DNA from: a virus
Taxonomy: Duplodnaviria; Caudoviricetes
IMG/VR virus record: IMGVR_UViG_3300031472_000006
Coordinates: 1-25,769 of that record
Length of the DNA: 25,769 nucleotides
Direction: 5' to 3' (one strand)
How positions within the stretch are numbered: position 1 is the first letter of the stretch; every line of letters starts with the position of its first letter. This document shows positions 1 through 9,660 of the stretch, piece after piece. The notes under the pieces were generated by a model. The model saw only the letters and a program-made list of their open reading frames with translations. It searched no databases and was not told the DNA's origin. A program made the position numbers and the translations under genes.

Positions 1-315
1 GTTGGGAGAGTAGGCCGGTCCCGGCGTGCTGACGGTGTCGCCGGAAACGCCATGGTTGGCGCCGCCCATGAATCGGTTGACGCCGTGATCGTCGGGCGCA
101 ATCCACACGTCGCAGCGAAATCGTGGATCCAGGGTTTGGGCAGTGACAACCTCGCCTTTTTGTTGGGTGGCGAGAGTCGAGTTCGTGGCGCTGGCGTTTT
201 GGTGATTGAACTGCATGATGCTGTCGCCGATCCAGGCGACGCGAGCCCCGACCGGGAGCAGGCGCGGAACGACATAGGCCCTGACCCCCGCAAGGCCAGG
301 GTTGAAGACGCTCAC
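1..315 (-). CDS. SGNH/GDSL-family hydrolase (N-terminal part; truncated by window edge), probably virion-associated esterase
   Basis: Not in ORF track. GTG at 315..313 overlaps the TGA of the upstream gene (GTGA). The frame is open to base 1: [38 protein letters not shown]...[16 protein letters not shown] (block I) and NxGxSG (block II) motifs. Confidence 0.8.
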   Translation of the reverse strand, partial: MSVFNPGLAGVRAYVVPRLLPVGARVAWIGDSIMQFNHQNASATNSTLATQQKGEVVTAQTLDPRFRCDVWIAPDDHGVNRFMGGANHGVSGDTVSTPGPAYSPN

Positions 316-2687
316 TGGGTGTTGCCGACCACGTACGCGTTGCCGTTGCCGTCGCACAGCACGGACAGAATTGCGCCCCGGCGGGCGGTGGTGAACGACG
401 CGACGGCTTTGTCGGAGACCAAAATCGTTGCCGTGCCGGCGACGATGGTGACTTGGCCGGCCGCCTGCTGCATGACGGAGAACGAGCGGTTGGCGCCGAG
501 GTCGGTGACGGTGACGGTGACCGCAGAGGCGCTGGTGTAGGCGATAAGGCCGCCATCGTCGGTGACGGCAGGAGCGTCCGTCGTGCCGGACACCGTCCGT
601 TTCGGCGGTGACCAAGCGGTGCCGGGCGTACCTGCGGCCCCTTGAGGACCGGTGGGTCCGGCAACAGGAGCGGAGGCGGCGAGGGTTCCGTCAGCGGCGA
701 CCGTGAGGTTTGCGCCGATTTTAACCGCTCCGAGCGCGGTGGTGGTGGCGGGGACGGTGAGGCCCGGCGCGGCGTAGGGTACCCAACCGGGCTGGCCCGT
801 TCCGGTTTCCTTGATGTAGAGCGTGGTTCCGGAACCACCGTCGCGGCGTGCGTAGATTGAACCCGCGGGCGCCGTGATCGCGGGGGCGCCGGTCCCGCTG
901 TAGATACCGGCAATGACGCTCTCCTGAGCGTTCACCCAAGCGATGGCCTGGTTGGCCGCGATCTGCAGAGCGTTTCCAGACGCGATCGTGGCCGTGTCGG
1001 TGCGAATGCCGGTGGTCCAGTTCCCCGTCCCGACCTCGACTGGCGCGTGGGGAAAGTTTGCCGAAAGATTGGTCGTGTCGCCGGTCAGGTAGACCGCGCG
1101 GCCGCCGGGCGCGATGGCATCGCTGCCGACCAGGAAGCCGTTGTAGGTCTTGGGGACGATGCCGAATTTATTAGCGCCGCCATTCTGATTGACGCCCCAG
1201 CCGTAGAGGACGTGGCCGCCGTTGCCAAAATACTGGTAGCCGGCATCGGGGACGAAGTTGAAGCCGGCCGTCCACTGCGCCAGTCCGACCGGACTTGGTT
1301 TCCAGCCGGTCGCGGGGCCGCCGTAGACGACGTTCACTTCGGCGGCCGTCATGCCGTAGGTCGCGTTCGGCGCCTCGGTGAGGTCGGGCGTGCAGGTGAC
1401 GAGACAATGCCCGATCAAGCCTGGTCCGGCTGCGCTGTGCCAATGCGCGAACTCGCCTTTGGCGATATCGGCGAGGCCGGAATCGGCGGCGCTGAGGAAG
1501 GCCTGGTAGCTGTAGATGTCGCCGTAGGCGACGTGGGGACCATTGTTGGTGACGTCGATTTCGTGCGCGATCGCCGTTCCAGTTTGCGAGCCCTGTGACA
1601 CGGTCTTGAGCACGCCGTTGGTTCGCTGCTCGGTCCGCCCGACGTCGAACGGGTTCGCGCCCGCGACCCCGGTGAACTTGACGCCGTCATCGATTTGGAT
1701 GGTGGCGTTCAAGCCGACGATGTTCTGACTGAGCGAGTATGATGCAGTCGGCCGAGTCACGTGCAATTGCACGGGAGCGGCCTTGGCGCTGGCGATCGCC
1801 GCTGCGAAGGCGGGGTAATCGTCGGTGGTCCCGTCACCCTTCGCCCCGAAATCCTTCGGATTGACGATGCGTGCGGCATAATCGGCGATGGTTGTCACGG
1901 CTGTGGCGCTGGAGGGCACGACAGTAGCCTTCGACACGTCCGCGGCGGCAAAGAAGTTCGCCACCGAGATTGCGTGGTCTTTGGCGCCTTGGCTGACGCC
2001 CACGAGGTCGGTCGCGGCGACGGACGGAATGAGGGATGCAGCGGTGATGCTTGTTCCGGTTCCGGCCGGACCAGTTGCGCCGGCTGGGCCGACTAAGCCG
2101 GTGAGGCCGGTTGATCCGGTCGGACCAGCAGCGCCGCTTGGGCCAACTAAGCCGGCTGGGCCGACAGCTCCGGTGAGCCCAATGGGGCCGGAGAGCCCGG
2201 CGGGGCCGGTTAGGCCGGTAGTGCCGGTCGGCCCCACTGGACCGGTGGCTCCGGTCAAGCCTGGTGACCCCCCTGAACCCGTCGTAGCAATGACGCCATT
2301 CGGATCGATCGTGACGTTGGTACCGGCGGTGAACAGGCCGCGAAGCTGGAATAGCGGAAGTTGGCGCGGCTGGCCTCCGCTGCTGATGATGGCTTCGTCC
2401 GTGACCGTCAGGCCAGGAGCTGCGGGAAAGGTCGCGTGGTCGGCGCCGGTTGCGGCGAGGTTACCGGATACCAGAGCCAGGCCTAGGCCAATTGCGACCG
2501 GTTCAGGGCCACCTGGACCAAGCGAGACGCGGCCAAGAAGCGTGTTGGGCGCCGTGGTAATGATCGGTTGCGTGGCGGCGAGAAGAGTGCCGATCGCGGC
2601 GCCGCGGGCGGTGCCCGCTTGGCTGATCGGCAAGACGTCGTTGGGGTTGATCTGGATGGCGATTGGAAGCTGGTTGATTGTCGGCAT
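312..2687 (-). CDS. Tail fibre/tailspike with collagen-like stalk and pectate-lyase-3-like entry motif (791 aa)
   Basis: AAGGA RBS; about 24 Gly-X-Y triplets; [20 protein letters not shown] motif typical of tailspike beta-helix N-termini; fibre-type motif [24 protein letters not shown]; position after baseplate. Confidence 0.85.
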   Translation of the reverse strand: MPTINQLPIAIQINPNDVLPISQAGTARGAAIGTLLAATQPIITTAPNTLLGRVSLGPGGPEPVAIGLGLALVSGNLAATGADHATFPAAPGLTVTDEAIISSGGQPRQLPLFQLRGLFTAGTNVTIDPNGVIATTGSGGSPGLTGATGPVGPTGTTGLTGPAGLSGPIGLTGAVGPAGLVGPSGAAGPTGSTGLTGLVGPAGATGPAGTGTSITAASLIPSVAATDLVGVSQGAKDHAISVANFFAAADVSKATVVPSSATAVTTIADYAARIVNPKDFGAKGDGTTDDYPAFAAAIASAKAAPVQLHVTRPTASYSLSQNIVGLNATIQIDDGVKFTGVAGANPFDVGRTEQRTNGVLKTVSQGSQTGTAIAHEIDVTNNGPHVAYGDIYSYQAFLSAADSGLADIAKGEFAHWHSAAGPGLIGHCLVTCTPDLTEAPNATYGMTAAEVNVVYGGPATGWKPSPVGLAQWTAGFNFVPDAGYQYFGNGGHVLYGWGVNQNGGANKFGIVPKTYNGFLVGSDAIAPGGRAVYLTGDTTNLSANFPHAPVEVGTGNWTTGIRTDTATIASGNALQIAANQAIAWVNAQESVIAGIYSGTGAPAITAPAGSIYARRDGGSGTTLYIKETGTGQPGWVPYAAPGLTVPATTTALGAVKIGANLTVAADGTLAASAPVAGPTGPQGAAGTPGTAWSPPKRTVSGTTDAPAVTDDGGLIAYTSASAVTVTVTDLGANRSFSVMQQAAGQVTIVAGTATILVSDKAVASFTTARRGAILSVLCDGNGNAYVVGNTQ
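2056..2270 (-). repeat. Collagen-like (Gly-X-Y)n coding repeat
   Basis: [69 protein letters not shown]; 9-nt periodicity in DNA. Confidence 0.9.
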
Positions 2688-2726
2688 AGTCGTCCTTGGG
2701 AACGTTCGATCGTCGGAAAAGAAGGG

Positions 2727-5052
2727 TCAGGCGACGGCGAACCAGCCGTGCCAATCGACTCCGACGCGCTTGATCCAGAGCGTGGCGCCGAGGCCACCGT
2801 CGAGGTTGCGGTAGTCGGAACCGGGGGGGCGCCGTCACCACTCCGTCGGGCGAGCCATGACCGGTCGTGGCGAGGTAGCCGGCCGGATTGCTATCGCTGG
2901 CGAACCGTATCCGCCCGTTGGCGGCCGGCCTAAAGGTGAGGTCGCCATTGCCGGAGGTGTGCACGACGAGGCTGCCGTCCCCCGGCGGCGCGAAATAGTC
3001 GGCGAGCGGGACCGAGTCGGCGCGCCATGCTCCGAAGATCGCGGTGAAGGATATCGTCGCGTTGGCGGGCACGGTGACGTCGCCCAGCGTCCAGTTCTCC
3101 TGAAACGGCGACGACCCGAGGCGATTGAAGACGGTTGCGGCGTTGCAGGCGAGCCGGACCTGGCGACCCTCGATAAGGGGCAGTCCGACGCTGGCGGTCG
3201 CGGCAGCGCCTTGCCCGTCGCCGGTGATCACGACGCTGGCGCCATTCGCGTAGCCGGCGCCCGGGTTGGTGATCGCAATGCCGAGAAGCCGCCCTTGCGC
3301 GACGTAAGCGACCGCAGTCGCCCCCGACCCGGCGCCGGTAATCTGGACTGTAGCGTAACTGTAGCCTGACCCACCGGCGGTTGGCTTGATGAAGCCGATC
3401 GTCCCCCACGTCTGGACTTGCCGTTGAGTCTGGATCGATTGGACGCCGCCCGGTGCGGCGGAGATCATGGCGTTGTCGGCGAAGTCAGGCAGTTGGACGG
3501 TTTGGCGGCCGTTGACGAGCGCCGGGTTGCAGATGATCCGGGCGCCGCCGCAGTGGTTTTGTTCGATGATCGCGCTGTCGGTATGCGCCCACAGGCACTG
3601 GGATTGATTGGCAGGCGCCACCACGTTGAAAACGTTGCGTGCTAAAGTAACGGATTGAGGCGCATCGATGAGATAAATGCCTCCACCGGAGGTGGTTGAG
3701 AAGCCGATGGTATTATCGGTGATCGCGAGATTGATGGTTGCAATGCCGAAGTTGTTGCCGGCTCCGTCGGTCTCGATGTTGTAGGCGGTAATGGCCCAAA
3801 CGTTGTCTTGCAGGTAGTTCGAGGCGACGGACATGCCTGAGCTGCCGCCCGGATTTATCCCGACGCCGGCGCCTGTAACGTGATTGGCGTCAATGAGGCA
3901 ATTGATGCTGCCCCCTGCGTCGATCCCGAAGTAGTTCGGGCCGGTGATGATGTTTCCGGTAAGCCGGCTCTGGGCGCAGTTGAATAGGATGCCAGCGCCG
4001 GTGGTGGCGCTGCCGTTATTGCTCAGAAGATTGCCGCTGACTGAAATCGATCGTCCGGAGACAGCGATGCCGTAGGAAAAATTCTCGTGGCAGACGTTGT
4101 CGGCGATCAGCACGCCGATCGCATCGGGGTTGGCGTTACCCCAGGTCGGGGGCTGCCGGTTGGTCGCGTTGTAGTTGCCGATACTGATGCCGCGCCCGTT
4201 CATCCAGCACTGGTTGGCAGACACGGTGGCGAGGCGGACGGCCTGGGCGAAAGTCGGATCGTTGAAGTCGGCGCAGATGCCATAGGCGGCGTTGTGGTGG
4301 GCGCGGCAACCGTGGACTCGGGCCGCGTCGATGGCCTGCAACCATATGCCGTGGCCTGCATTGGCAGTCGCCTCACAGTTCTCGACGACGTGGCGGGAGA
4401 TGGCTGGGTCAGAGGCGAGGAGGGTCAGGCCGTTGCCGAGCGCTGGGTCCTGAGCGTTGGCGAACACGCAGTCACGGAAGGTTGCGGCGAGGCATGAGGC
4501 GGCGACGAGGACGCCCCAGGTAGGCGCGTGGATGGCGGCGTTGGCGTCGAATGCGACCCCCTCGGCACAAAAGCTCGGTCCCTGAATACTGATCCACGCG
4601 CCGCCGTTCGATTGTCCGATGCGTCGCAGGATCGTCTGGCCCGGGGTTCCAAGCAGGGTGGCGGGAGCGGCGATGGTCCACTGGCCGGTGATTGCGTAGG
4701 TACGGGGGCCGAGGCGGACTGGGTGGCCGCTGGCGCATGCGGCCGTGAGGGCTGCGGTGTCGTCGGTGACGCCATCGCCGATTGCACCGTATGACTCTGG
4801 TAGAACCGTGGCTGCAAACAGGATCGCAAGCGGTACTGGCGTCGCGCCGCCGGAGGGAGTTGCAAGCGCACCAGACGCGTTGAGCCCGGCGAGGTTCGGG
4901 GTTGTGGAAGCGAGCGCTGCCGCGATGGAGGGCTGGAGGCCGGAGAGCAACTGGGCGTGCGTGAGCTTGCGGAGGGTGCCTGCGTGGCTGGCGGAGATTT
5001 CGTCGGTGTCGGAGGCGGCCGAGACTGGGCATAGTTGATCGACGGTTGGCAT
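2727..5052 (-). CDS. Right-handed beta-helix tailspike / polysaccharide depolymerase-like protein; one extra base in the G7 tract 2823..2829 frameshifts the 3' end
   Basis: PESYGAIGDGVTDDTAAL motif followed by Asn/Gly-rich parallel beta-helix repeats. Removing one base from G7 gives ...APPGSDYRNLDGGLGATLWIKRVGVDWHGWFAVA* (774 aa, stop 2727..2729). As written the ORF runs to 2503 with an Arg-rich tail overlapping the next gene. Confidence 0.85.
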
Positions 5053-5055
5053 GGA

Positions 5056-5541
5056 TTAGGGTCCGGCCAAGATCGGGCTACCGTTCTGGTCGGTGAGGAT
5101 GATGCCATCGCTGGTCGTGAGGCTGCCGGCGACCGAGACAGGAAGGGCGAGTTGCGCGACAGGCAGAAGAACGGACCGAGCGAGGCTTCGGCCTGCTTGG
5201 GTGCCAATTGAGAGGCTGACGACGTAGGTTACCCCTATTTGCCCGCCGCCGAGCCAGAGAACGGCGCGGGTGCCGTCGGCGGAGGTCGCGGTCAGGGCGA
5301 GGTCGCCGGGGTTGGACGGAGTGATGGCGATGTCGAGGGTTGCGATTGCGTCGCCGTCATTGCCGATCAGTGCGGGTGCGATATCGAACTGGTAGTCAAG
5401 GAGGTCGGCGGGATCCTTCAGGGGCCACGAGGGAATCACGGCGGGCGCCGGAGTGGCGCCGCGGGGAACGGGAACGAATGCATCGAGCGTCACGGTGCGG
5501 GCCGCGCTCGGCTTCCAGATGTGTGTGGCGGGAGTCGGCAT
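5056..5541 (-). CDS. Putative fibre-tail adaptor protein (161 aa)
   Basis: WPLKDPADLLDYQFD (KDPxxxLDY) motif seen in small phage fibre adaptors; beta-rich; lies between the fibre and tailspike genes; AGGA RBS. Confidence 0.6.
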   Translation of the reverse strand: MPTPATHIWKPSAARTVTLDAFVPVPRGATPAPAVIPSWPLKDPADLLDYQFDIAPALIGNDGDAIATLDIAITPSNPGDLALTATSADGTRAVLWLGGGQIGVTYVVSLSIGTQAGRSLARSVLLPVAQLALPVSVAGSLTTSDGIILTDQNGSPILAGP

Positions 5542-5562
5542 GGGTGCGTCCTGGCTGTCGGA

Positions 5563-6807
5563 TTAGAATTCGATGATGGTGACGCCACCTGCGCCAGCGC
5601 CGCCGTTGCCGGCCCCGCCATAGGCGCCGCCGCCGCCGGACCCGAAGGCTTGCCCGTTTTGCTGGATGGTGTTGCCGTTGGCTGCAGCGCGACCGCCACC
5701 CCCGAAGTAGGACGCGCCACCATTCCCCGCGAGGACGAGGTTGCCGGAGTTGCCGTCACTGCCGTAGCCGCCGAGAACATTGAGCGATCCGCCGGTGCCG
5801 GCACCCGGTGCGCCGCCGCCGGAGTAGGCCGCGGCACTGGTCCCGCCGGCGCCTCCGGACGCGCTGAACAGGCCGCCGAAATTGCTGGTTCCTCCAGCGC
5901 CGGCGGGCGTGCCAGCAGCGGTTCCGCCCGTGCCGCCCTGTCCGATGTAGGCGTAGAGCGCCTGACCCGGGTAGATGCTCAGGATCGAAGCGGTATAACC
6001 TCCGGCGCCGCCGCCGGCACCCCCGTATCCTGTACTTCCAGAACCCCCTCCGCCACCAGCGCCACAAAGGGCGACCTTGATGAGGCTGACGTTGTTGGGG
6101 GCTGTCCAGGTGCTCGATGCGGTCAGGACGACCTGACGCGAGAAACCAGGCGCCAGGGCAGATAGCTTGAAAGGAATGAAGGGAGCGTTAGGCATTTGGG
6201 CGATGGCGGCTGTGGCAAGCTGCGTCTGGCCGTAGGGCACGGTTACGACATAAAGGCCGACCCATCCTTGATCGACCGGAGGCGTTGCCTGCGTGCCGGC
6301 ATTGGCCGGGGCGCCGGGCTTGACCTGAAGCTGCACTCGCTGCACGCGCTGGGTGTTCTGCGCGGCGCCGGAGTTGGACTGGCCGCTGAATGGCTGGAGC
6401 GGGTTGGCGGCGTTGTAATAGGGCAGAACGATGGGGGACGCATCGGCTTCGAGGAGACTGGCTTGGATGAGATAGGCGATTGACTGTCCCGATACGGCGG
6501 GGGCGGTCAGGGTGAACGATACTGGCCCGGTGTTGACGCCCATCTTCAGCAAGGGATCGGAGGTGTCGGCTGGAAGGGAGCCGAATGGGACGGGATCGAT
6601 GGTTCCAGGAGCGGTGATGCTGCCGGGGCCGATTTGGACGGTGAGGCTGGCCGGACTGGTGGGGGTGCATGCCAAGCCGTCGACGACGGGGGACGCGCCC
6701 AGGGTCGCCTGGATGAGGTATCCGAGAGCCACCATGGTATTCCGCTGAAGCGATAGAAGGTCGGTGTCGAGCGGAATGCTGCCGGGATAGACGATTTGGC
6801 GATCCAC
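5563..6807 (-). CDS. Baseplate-proximal tail fibre protein with glycine-rich C-terminal domain (414 aa)
   Basis: GTG start with AGGAGA RBS; follows the J/I-like wedge genes; C-terminal TWTAPNNVSLIKVALCGAGGGGG...GAGGVTIIEF Gly-rich fibre domain. Confidence 0.8.
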   Translation of the reverse strand: MDRQIVYPGSIPLDTDLLSLQRNTMVALGYLIQATLGASPVVDGLACTPTSPASLTVQIGPGSITAPGTIDPVPFGSLPADTSDPLLKMGVNTGPVSFTLTAPAVSGQSIAYLIQASLLEADASPIVLPYYNAANPLQPFSGQSNSGAAQNTQRVQRVQLQVKPGAPANAGTQATPPVDQGWVGLYVVTVPYGQTQLATAAIAQMPNAPFIPFKLSALAPGFSRQVVLTASSTWTAPNNVSLIKVALCGAGGGGGSGSTGYGGAGGGAGGYTASILSIYPGQALYAYIGQGGTGGTAAGTPAGAGGTSNFGGLFSASGGAGGTSAAAYSGGGAPGAGTGGSLNVLGGYGSDGNSGNLVLAGNGGASYFGGGGRAAANGNTIQQNGQAFGSGGGGAYGGAGNGGAGAGGVTIIEF

Positions 6808-6860
6808 TTAGGTATCTCCTATGAAATTGCGAAAGGTGGCTTCGCCAGGTGCGACCCGCG

Positions 6861-6993
6861 CTAGTCTCCCGATTCCGAAGTTCGTCGCATTGAGTTGCGG
6901 CCGGGCTCGGGACACTAGCTCTTTGTTTTCAGTGGCCTGCTGATCCGCTGCGTCCGCCGCGAAGAACGGCGAACTTCGGAGGCAGGACACTAG
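6861..6993. mobile_element. MITE-like element with 27-bp imperfect terminal inverted repeats bounded by CTAG
   Basis: 6861..6887 ctagtctcccgattccgaagttcgtcg vs reverse complement of 6967..6993 ctagtgtcctgcctccgaagttcgccg (22/27 identical); extra internal end copy cgggacactag at 6908..6918; no transposase. Confidence 0.65.
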
Positions 6994-7631
6994 TTGGTGA
7001 TCCGGGTCCAAGCGATGGCGGCGGTCGGAAGGACGGATGTGATCGCAGTCATGATGTCGGCGTCGGTCACTTGACCTTCGACCATGATTAGGTTCGCCCG
7101 AGCGAGCGGCCCCGGCGTGCCGTAGCCGGCGATGGTGGCAATGCCGGAGGTGTGTGGGCGGTAGGCGGTGACGAAGCACTGGAAGGGCAGGGCGAGGCTG
7201 CCCCAACCGCCGGCAGCGCCGTATGCGAGGCTTGGCGAATTGTATGCGCCGGTATCCGCGGGCAAGGCGGGCTCGAAGATGACCGGGATGCGGCCGGTTA
7301 GGTCGGTCAGCATCGCGACGACGGCGCTGCGGGTTGTCCGGTCGCGAAGCAGCTCCCGGCTCAGTCGGTCGCGAAAGGCCGGATCGGATTCGAGGATGCG
7401 CCGTGACAGCCGAGCGCCGAAGAAGTCGATGCCGAAGCCGTCGAGAAAACTGTCGGTTGCAGTGGCAAGGCGCGCTTGCGTGCGGGTTGTTGCGAGCAGG
7501 GCGCAAAGATCCGACCAAGTGGTGGCCAGGCCGTTCAGCACTGCGTCAAGGGTCGGTGTGCTATCGGGAAACCATCGGCTGGGAAAGACCGCTTTTAGGC
7601 GCGCGACGATGTCGGGTGGGTCGCCAGTCAT
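6990..7631 (-). CDS. Baseplate wedge subunit (P2 gpI / Mu gp48 positional equivalent, 213 aa)
   Basis: Directly after baseplate J; RLATATDSFLDGFGIDFFG...ESDPAFRDRL motif typical of wedge proteins. Confidence 0.75.
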   Translation of the reverse strand: MTGDPPDIVARLKAVFPSRWFPDSTPTLDAVLNGLATTWSDLCALLATTRTQARLATATDSFLDGFGIDFFGARLSRRILESDPAFRDRLSRELLRDRTTRSAVVAMLTDLTGRIPVIFEPALPADTGAYNSPSLAYGAAGGWGSLALPFQCFVTAYRPHTSGIATIAGYGTPGPLARANLIMVEGQVTDADIMTAITSVLPTAAIAWTRITN

Positions 7632-7632
7632 C

Positions 7633-8745
7633 TCAGCTCACCACGATCGTGCCGGGCTTGACGACGGTCCGACTCGACGGAATGAGGTCGTGGGCGACGG
7701 CATTGATCGTAATAGAGGAGACGTTGGTGACGGCGGGTGCGGCAGCGTAGGCCAACTGAGCGATACGGGAGATGGGTAGAGGCGCGCCGATCGGGAGGTT
7801 TGCCACATAGAGGCCGATCGATGCCGAGATGGCACTCGCCGAACGCGCATCGGGTGTCGTCAGCGTGAGGGCGACGTTGGCGTAAAGGACCGTTGGGGGC
7901 AGGACGGCGAAAATGGTTCCGACTGGACGCACGGCGTCGACGGCGGCTGCGACGGCCGCGACGAGGGCGGTGGAGGGGAAGCCGGTGCCGTCATCCAGCG
8001 TGACGACGAAGCTGCCGGGTTGTGGGGCTCCGGCCGGGGAAATGTTTTCGGTCAAGGAGTGGCGAAGGCCTTGCTGGAGCGAGGCGATGGCGAAGGCGAT
8101 GGCGGCCGGGGTTGCGCGAGAACGGCTGTCGATGAAGTTGGCGAAACGGGCGCGGAGGTCAGCGTCGGGCTCGGCGTCGAGGCCGCCGGTGGCGGGCGCC
8201 GGGTTGCTGACGGCGTCAATGCCTGGGATTGCGGTGGCGAGAAGGGATAGCGCGCCCGCTTGGATATTGCCGATGCTGCCGGGCGCTGCCGCTTGGAGGG
8301 GCAAGGTGATCGCCGCGATGGTGGGCGCGAGGCTGTAGGCGGCGGTCGTTGGGTTGAAGGCGGGATTAGCGGCGTCGGCGACGACATTGAAGGTTTGCGA
8401 TGCGTCGGCTGTCTTGACCTGGGCGCCGACGGGGATGCTGGACGCTGTGCCGGTGGTGATCCGCGAGAAGGTCGCCGAGACGGCGGCGCTGGTTGCCGGC
8501 AGGCGCAGGAGGGCAAAGTCGGCGACCCAGGAATCGAGATCGGTCCCGACCGAGGTGGCGGCGCGAGTGGTCGAAAGGACTTGCAGGATAAGCCACTGCA
8601 GCCAGAGTGCGACAGAGGCGTTCGCCTCGATGATGGCGCGCAGGGTGCTTCCGGTGGTGAGGTCGATCAGCGCGCGAGCGCTGCCCTGCACGCTGGCGGC
8701 CATGTTGCGGACCAGCGTGGTAAAGTCTTGAAGCTGGAGTTGCAT
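7633..8745 (-). CDS. Baseplate J / gp47-family wedge protein (370 aa)
   Basis: ATSVGTDLDSWVADFALLR, APGSIGNI and ATGGLDAEPDADLRARF motifs; size and position. Confidence 0.92.
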   Translation of the reverse strand: MQLQLQDFTTLVRNMAASVQGSARALIDLTTGSTLRAIIEANASVALWLQWLILQVLSTTRAATSVGTDLDSWVADFALLRLPATSAAVSATFSRITTGTASSIPVGAQVKTADASQTFNVVADAANPAFNPTTAAYSLAPTIAAITLPLQAAAPGSIGNIQAGALSLLATAIPGIDAVSNPAPATGGLDAEPDADLRARFANFIDSRSRATPAAIAFAIASLQQGLRHSLTENISPAGAPQPGSFVVTLDDGTGFPSTALVAAVAAAVDAVRPVGTIFAVLPPTVLYANVALTLTTPDARSASAISASIGLYVANLPIGAPLPISRIAQLAYAAAPAVTNVSSITINAVAHDLIPSSRTVVKPGTIVVS

Positions 8746-8757
8746 GGGTTCGGTCCG

Positions 8758-9123
8758 CTAGGGAATGGTCAACGAGAGGGTCTGCGTGGTGCCCGCCTGG
8801 GCGTCGGCATAGCGGAGGTGCACGTAGAGAGAGCCGGTCAGCGCGGCGGTGACGTCGATGATCGGTTCTGGCGTCCTGGCGACGCCGGCTTCCTTGAAAA
8901 TCTGGCCGCGGATCGTGGCACGGATGGTATCGGACGCCCCAGGCAGCCCGACGAAACGGGACAGCCCGGCGCCGTAGTCGAGCGACCAGATATCATCGCC
9001 AGGGTTGGTGATGAGGCGGCGGAGGACACGTTGCTGGGTCAGCGTCACGCCGTCCACGAGGGCGAGATCGCCGGTTGGCGACAGGGTGAGGTCGCTGCCC
9101 CAAAGATGGGCAAGATCGGGCAT
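8758..9123 (-). CDS. Baseplate gp25/gpW-like sheath initiator (121 aa)
   Basis: DLTLSPTGDLALVDG...QQRVLRRLITNPGD..W..DYGAGL pattern; between spike and J. Confidence 0.8.
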   Translation of the reverse strand: MPDLAHLWGSDLTLSPTGDLALVDGVTLTQQRVLRRLITNPGDDIWSLDYGAGLSRFVGLPGASDTIRATIRGQIFKEAGVARTPEPIIDVTAALTGSLYVHLRYADAQAGTTQTLSLTIP

Positions 9124-9134
9124 GGTTGCTCCTG

Positions 9135-9650
9135 CTAGTCGGGCTGGGACGTGACGCCGACCTGACCGCCTTGCGGGTCGGGATGCAGGTGAGCGTTGTA
9201 GTGGGCGCGCAGGGCGGAGAGGGACCCGTGACGGTCGAACAGGTCGCCTGCCACGTGGATGTCGCCATGGGCCTGGATGGTGCCGTCGTTTTGGAGCTTG
9301 AGGAACGACCCGGATTTATGGACGAGCCAGAATTCGCCGGGTGGGGTTGGCGGCGGCGGCGTGGTGGCGGACCAACTGGACGCGACGACGAGGCCGTGTT
9401 CCGCGTCGCCTTCCTGGGGGAGCACGAGAACCTGGTCACCGGGCGAAGGGGGTGCGAACAGGCCCCATCCGGCGCCGACCCAGGGTGAGAGGAGCGGGAG
9501 CCATCCGGTGAGCACGGCTTCGGGCTGCAGGGTGACGCGGACGGTGGCGGTGGCGGGATCGACGGACGTGACGATGCCGAAGCGGGGAACGCCGGCCGAC
9601 TGGTCCTGGGCGGCGGACTGCGCCTTCAGCGCGTTGAGCAGGCGGTCCAT
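9135..9650 (-). CDS. Baseplate central spike (P2 gpV-like, 171 aa)
   Basis: OB-fold N-terminus (GIVTSVDP...TGWLP...PSPGDQVLV); C-terminal HxH metal-binding tip motif (YNAHLHP). Confidence 0.9.
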   Translation of the reverse strand: MDRLLNALKAQSAAQDQSAGVPRFGIVTSVDPATATVRVTLQPEAVLTGWLPLLSPWVGAGWGLFAPPSPGDQVLVLPQEGDAEHGLVVASSWSATTPPPPTPPGEFWLVHKSGSFLKLQNDGTIQAHGDIHVAGDLFDRHGSLSALRAHYNAHLHPDPQGGQVGVTSQPD

Positions 9651-9660
9651 GAGGATATGC

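Noticed and set aside
52-540. 162-aa plus-strand ORF
   Set aside because: Antisense to the fibre C-terminus and to the SGNH gene, which carry recognisable motifs
2056-2270. CRISPR array or DGR template/variable repeat
   Set aside because: The periodicity is 9-nt collagen coding; no repeat-spacer structure, cas genes, reverse transcriptase or adenine-specific repeat pair
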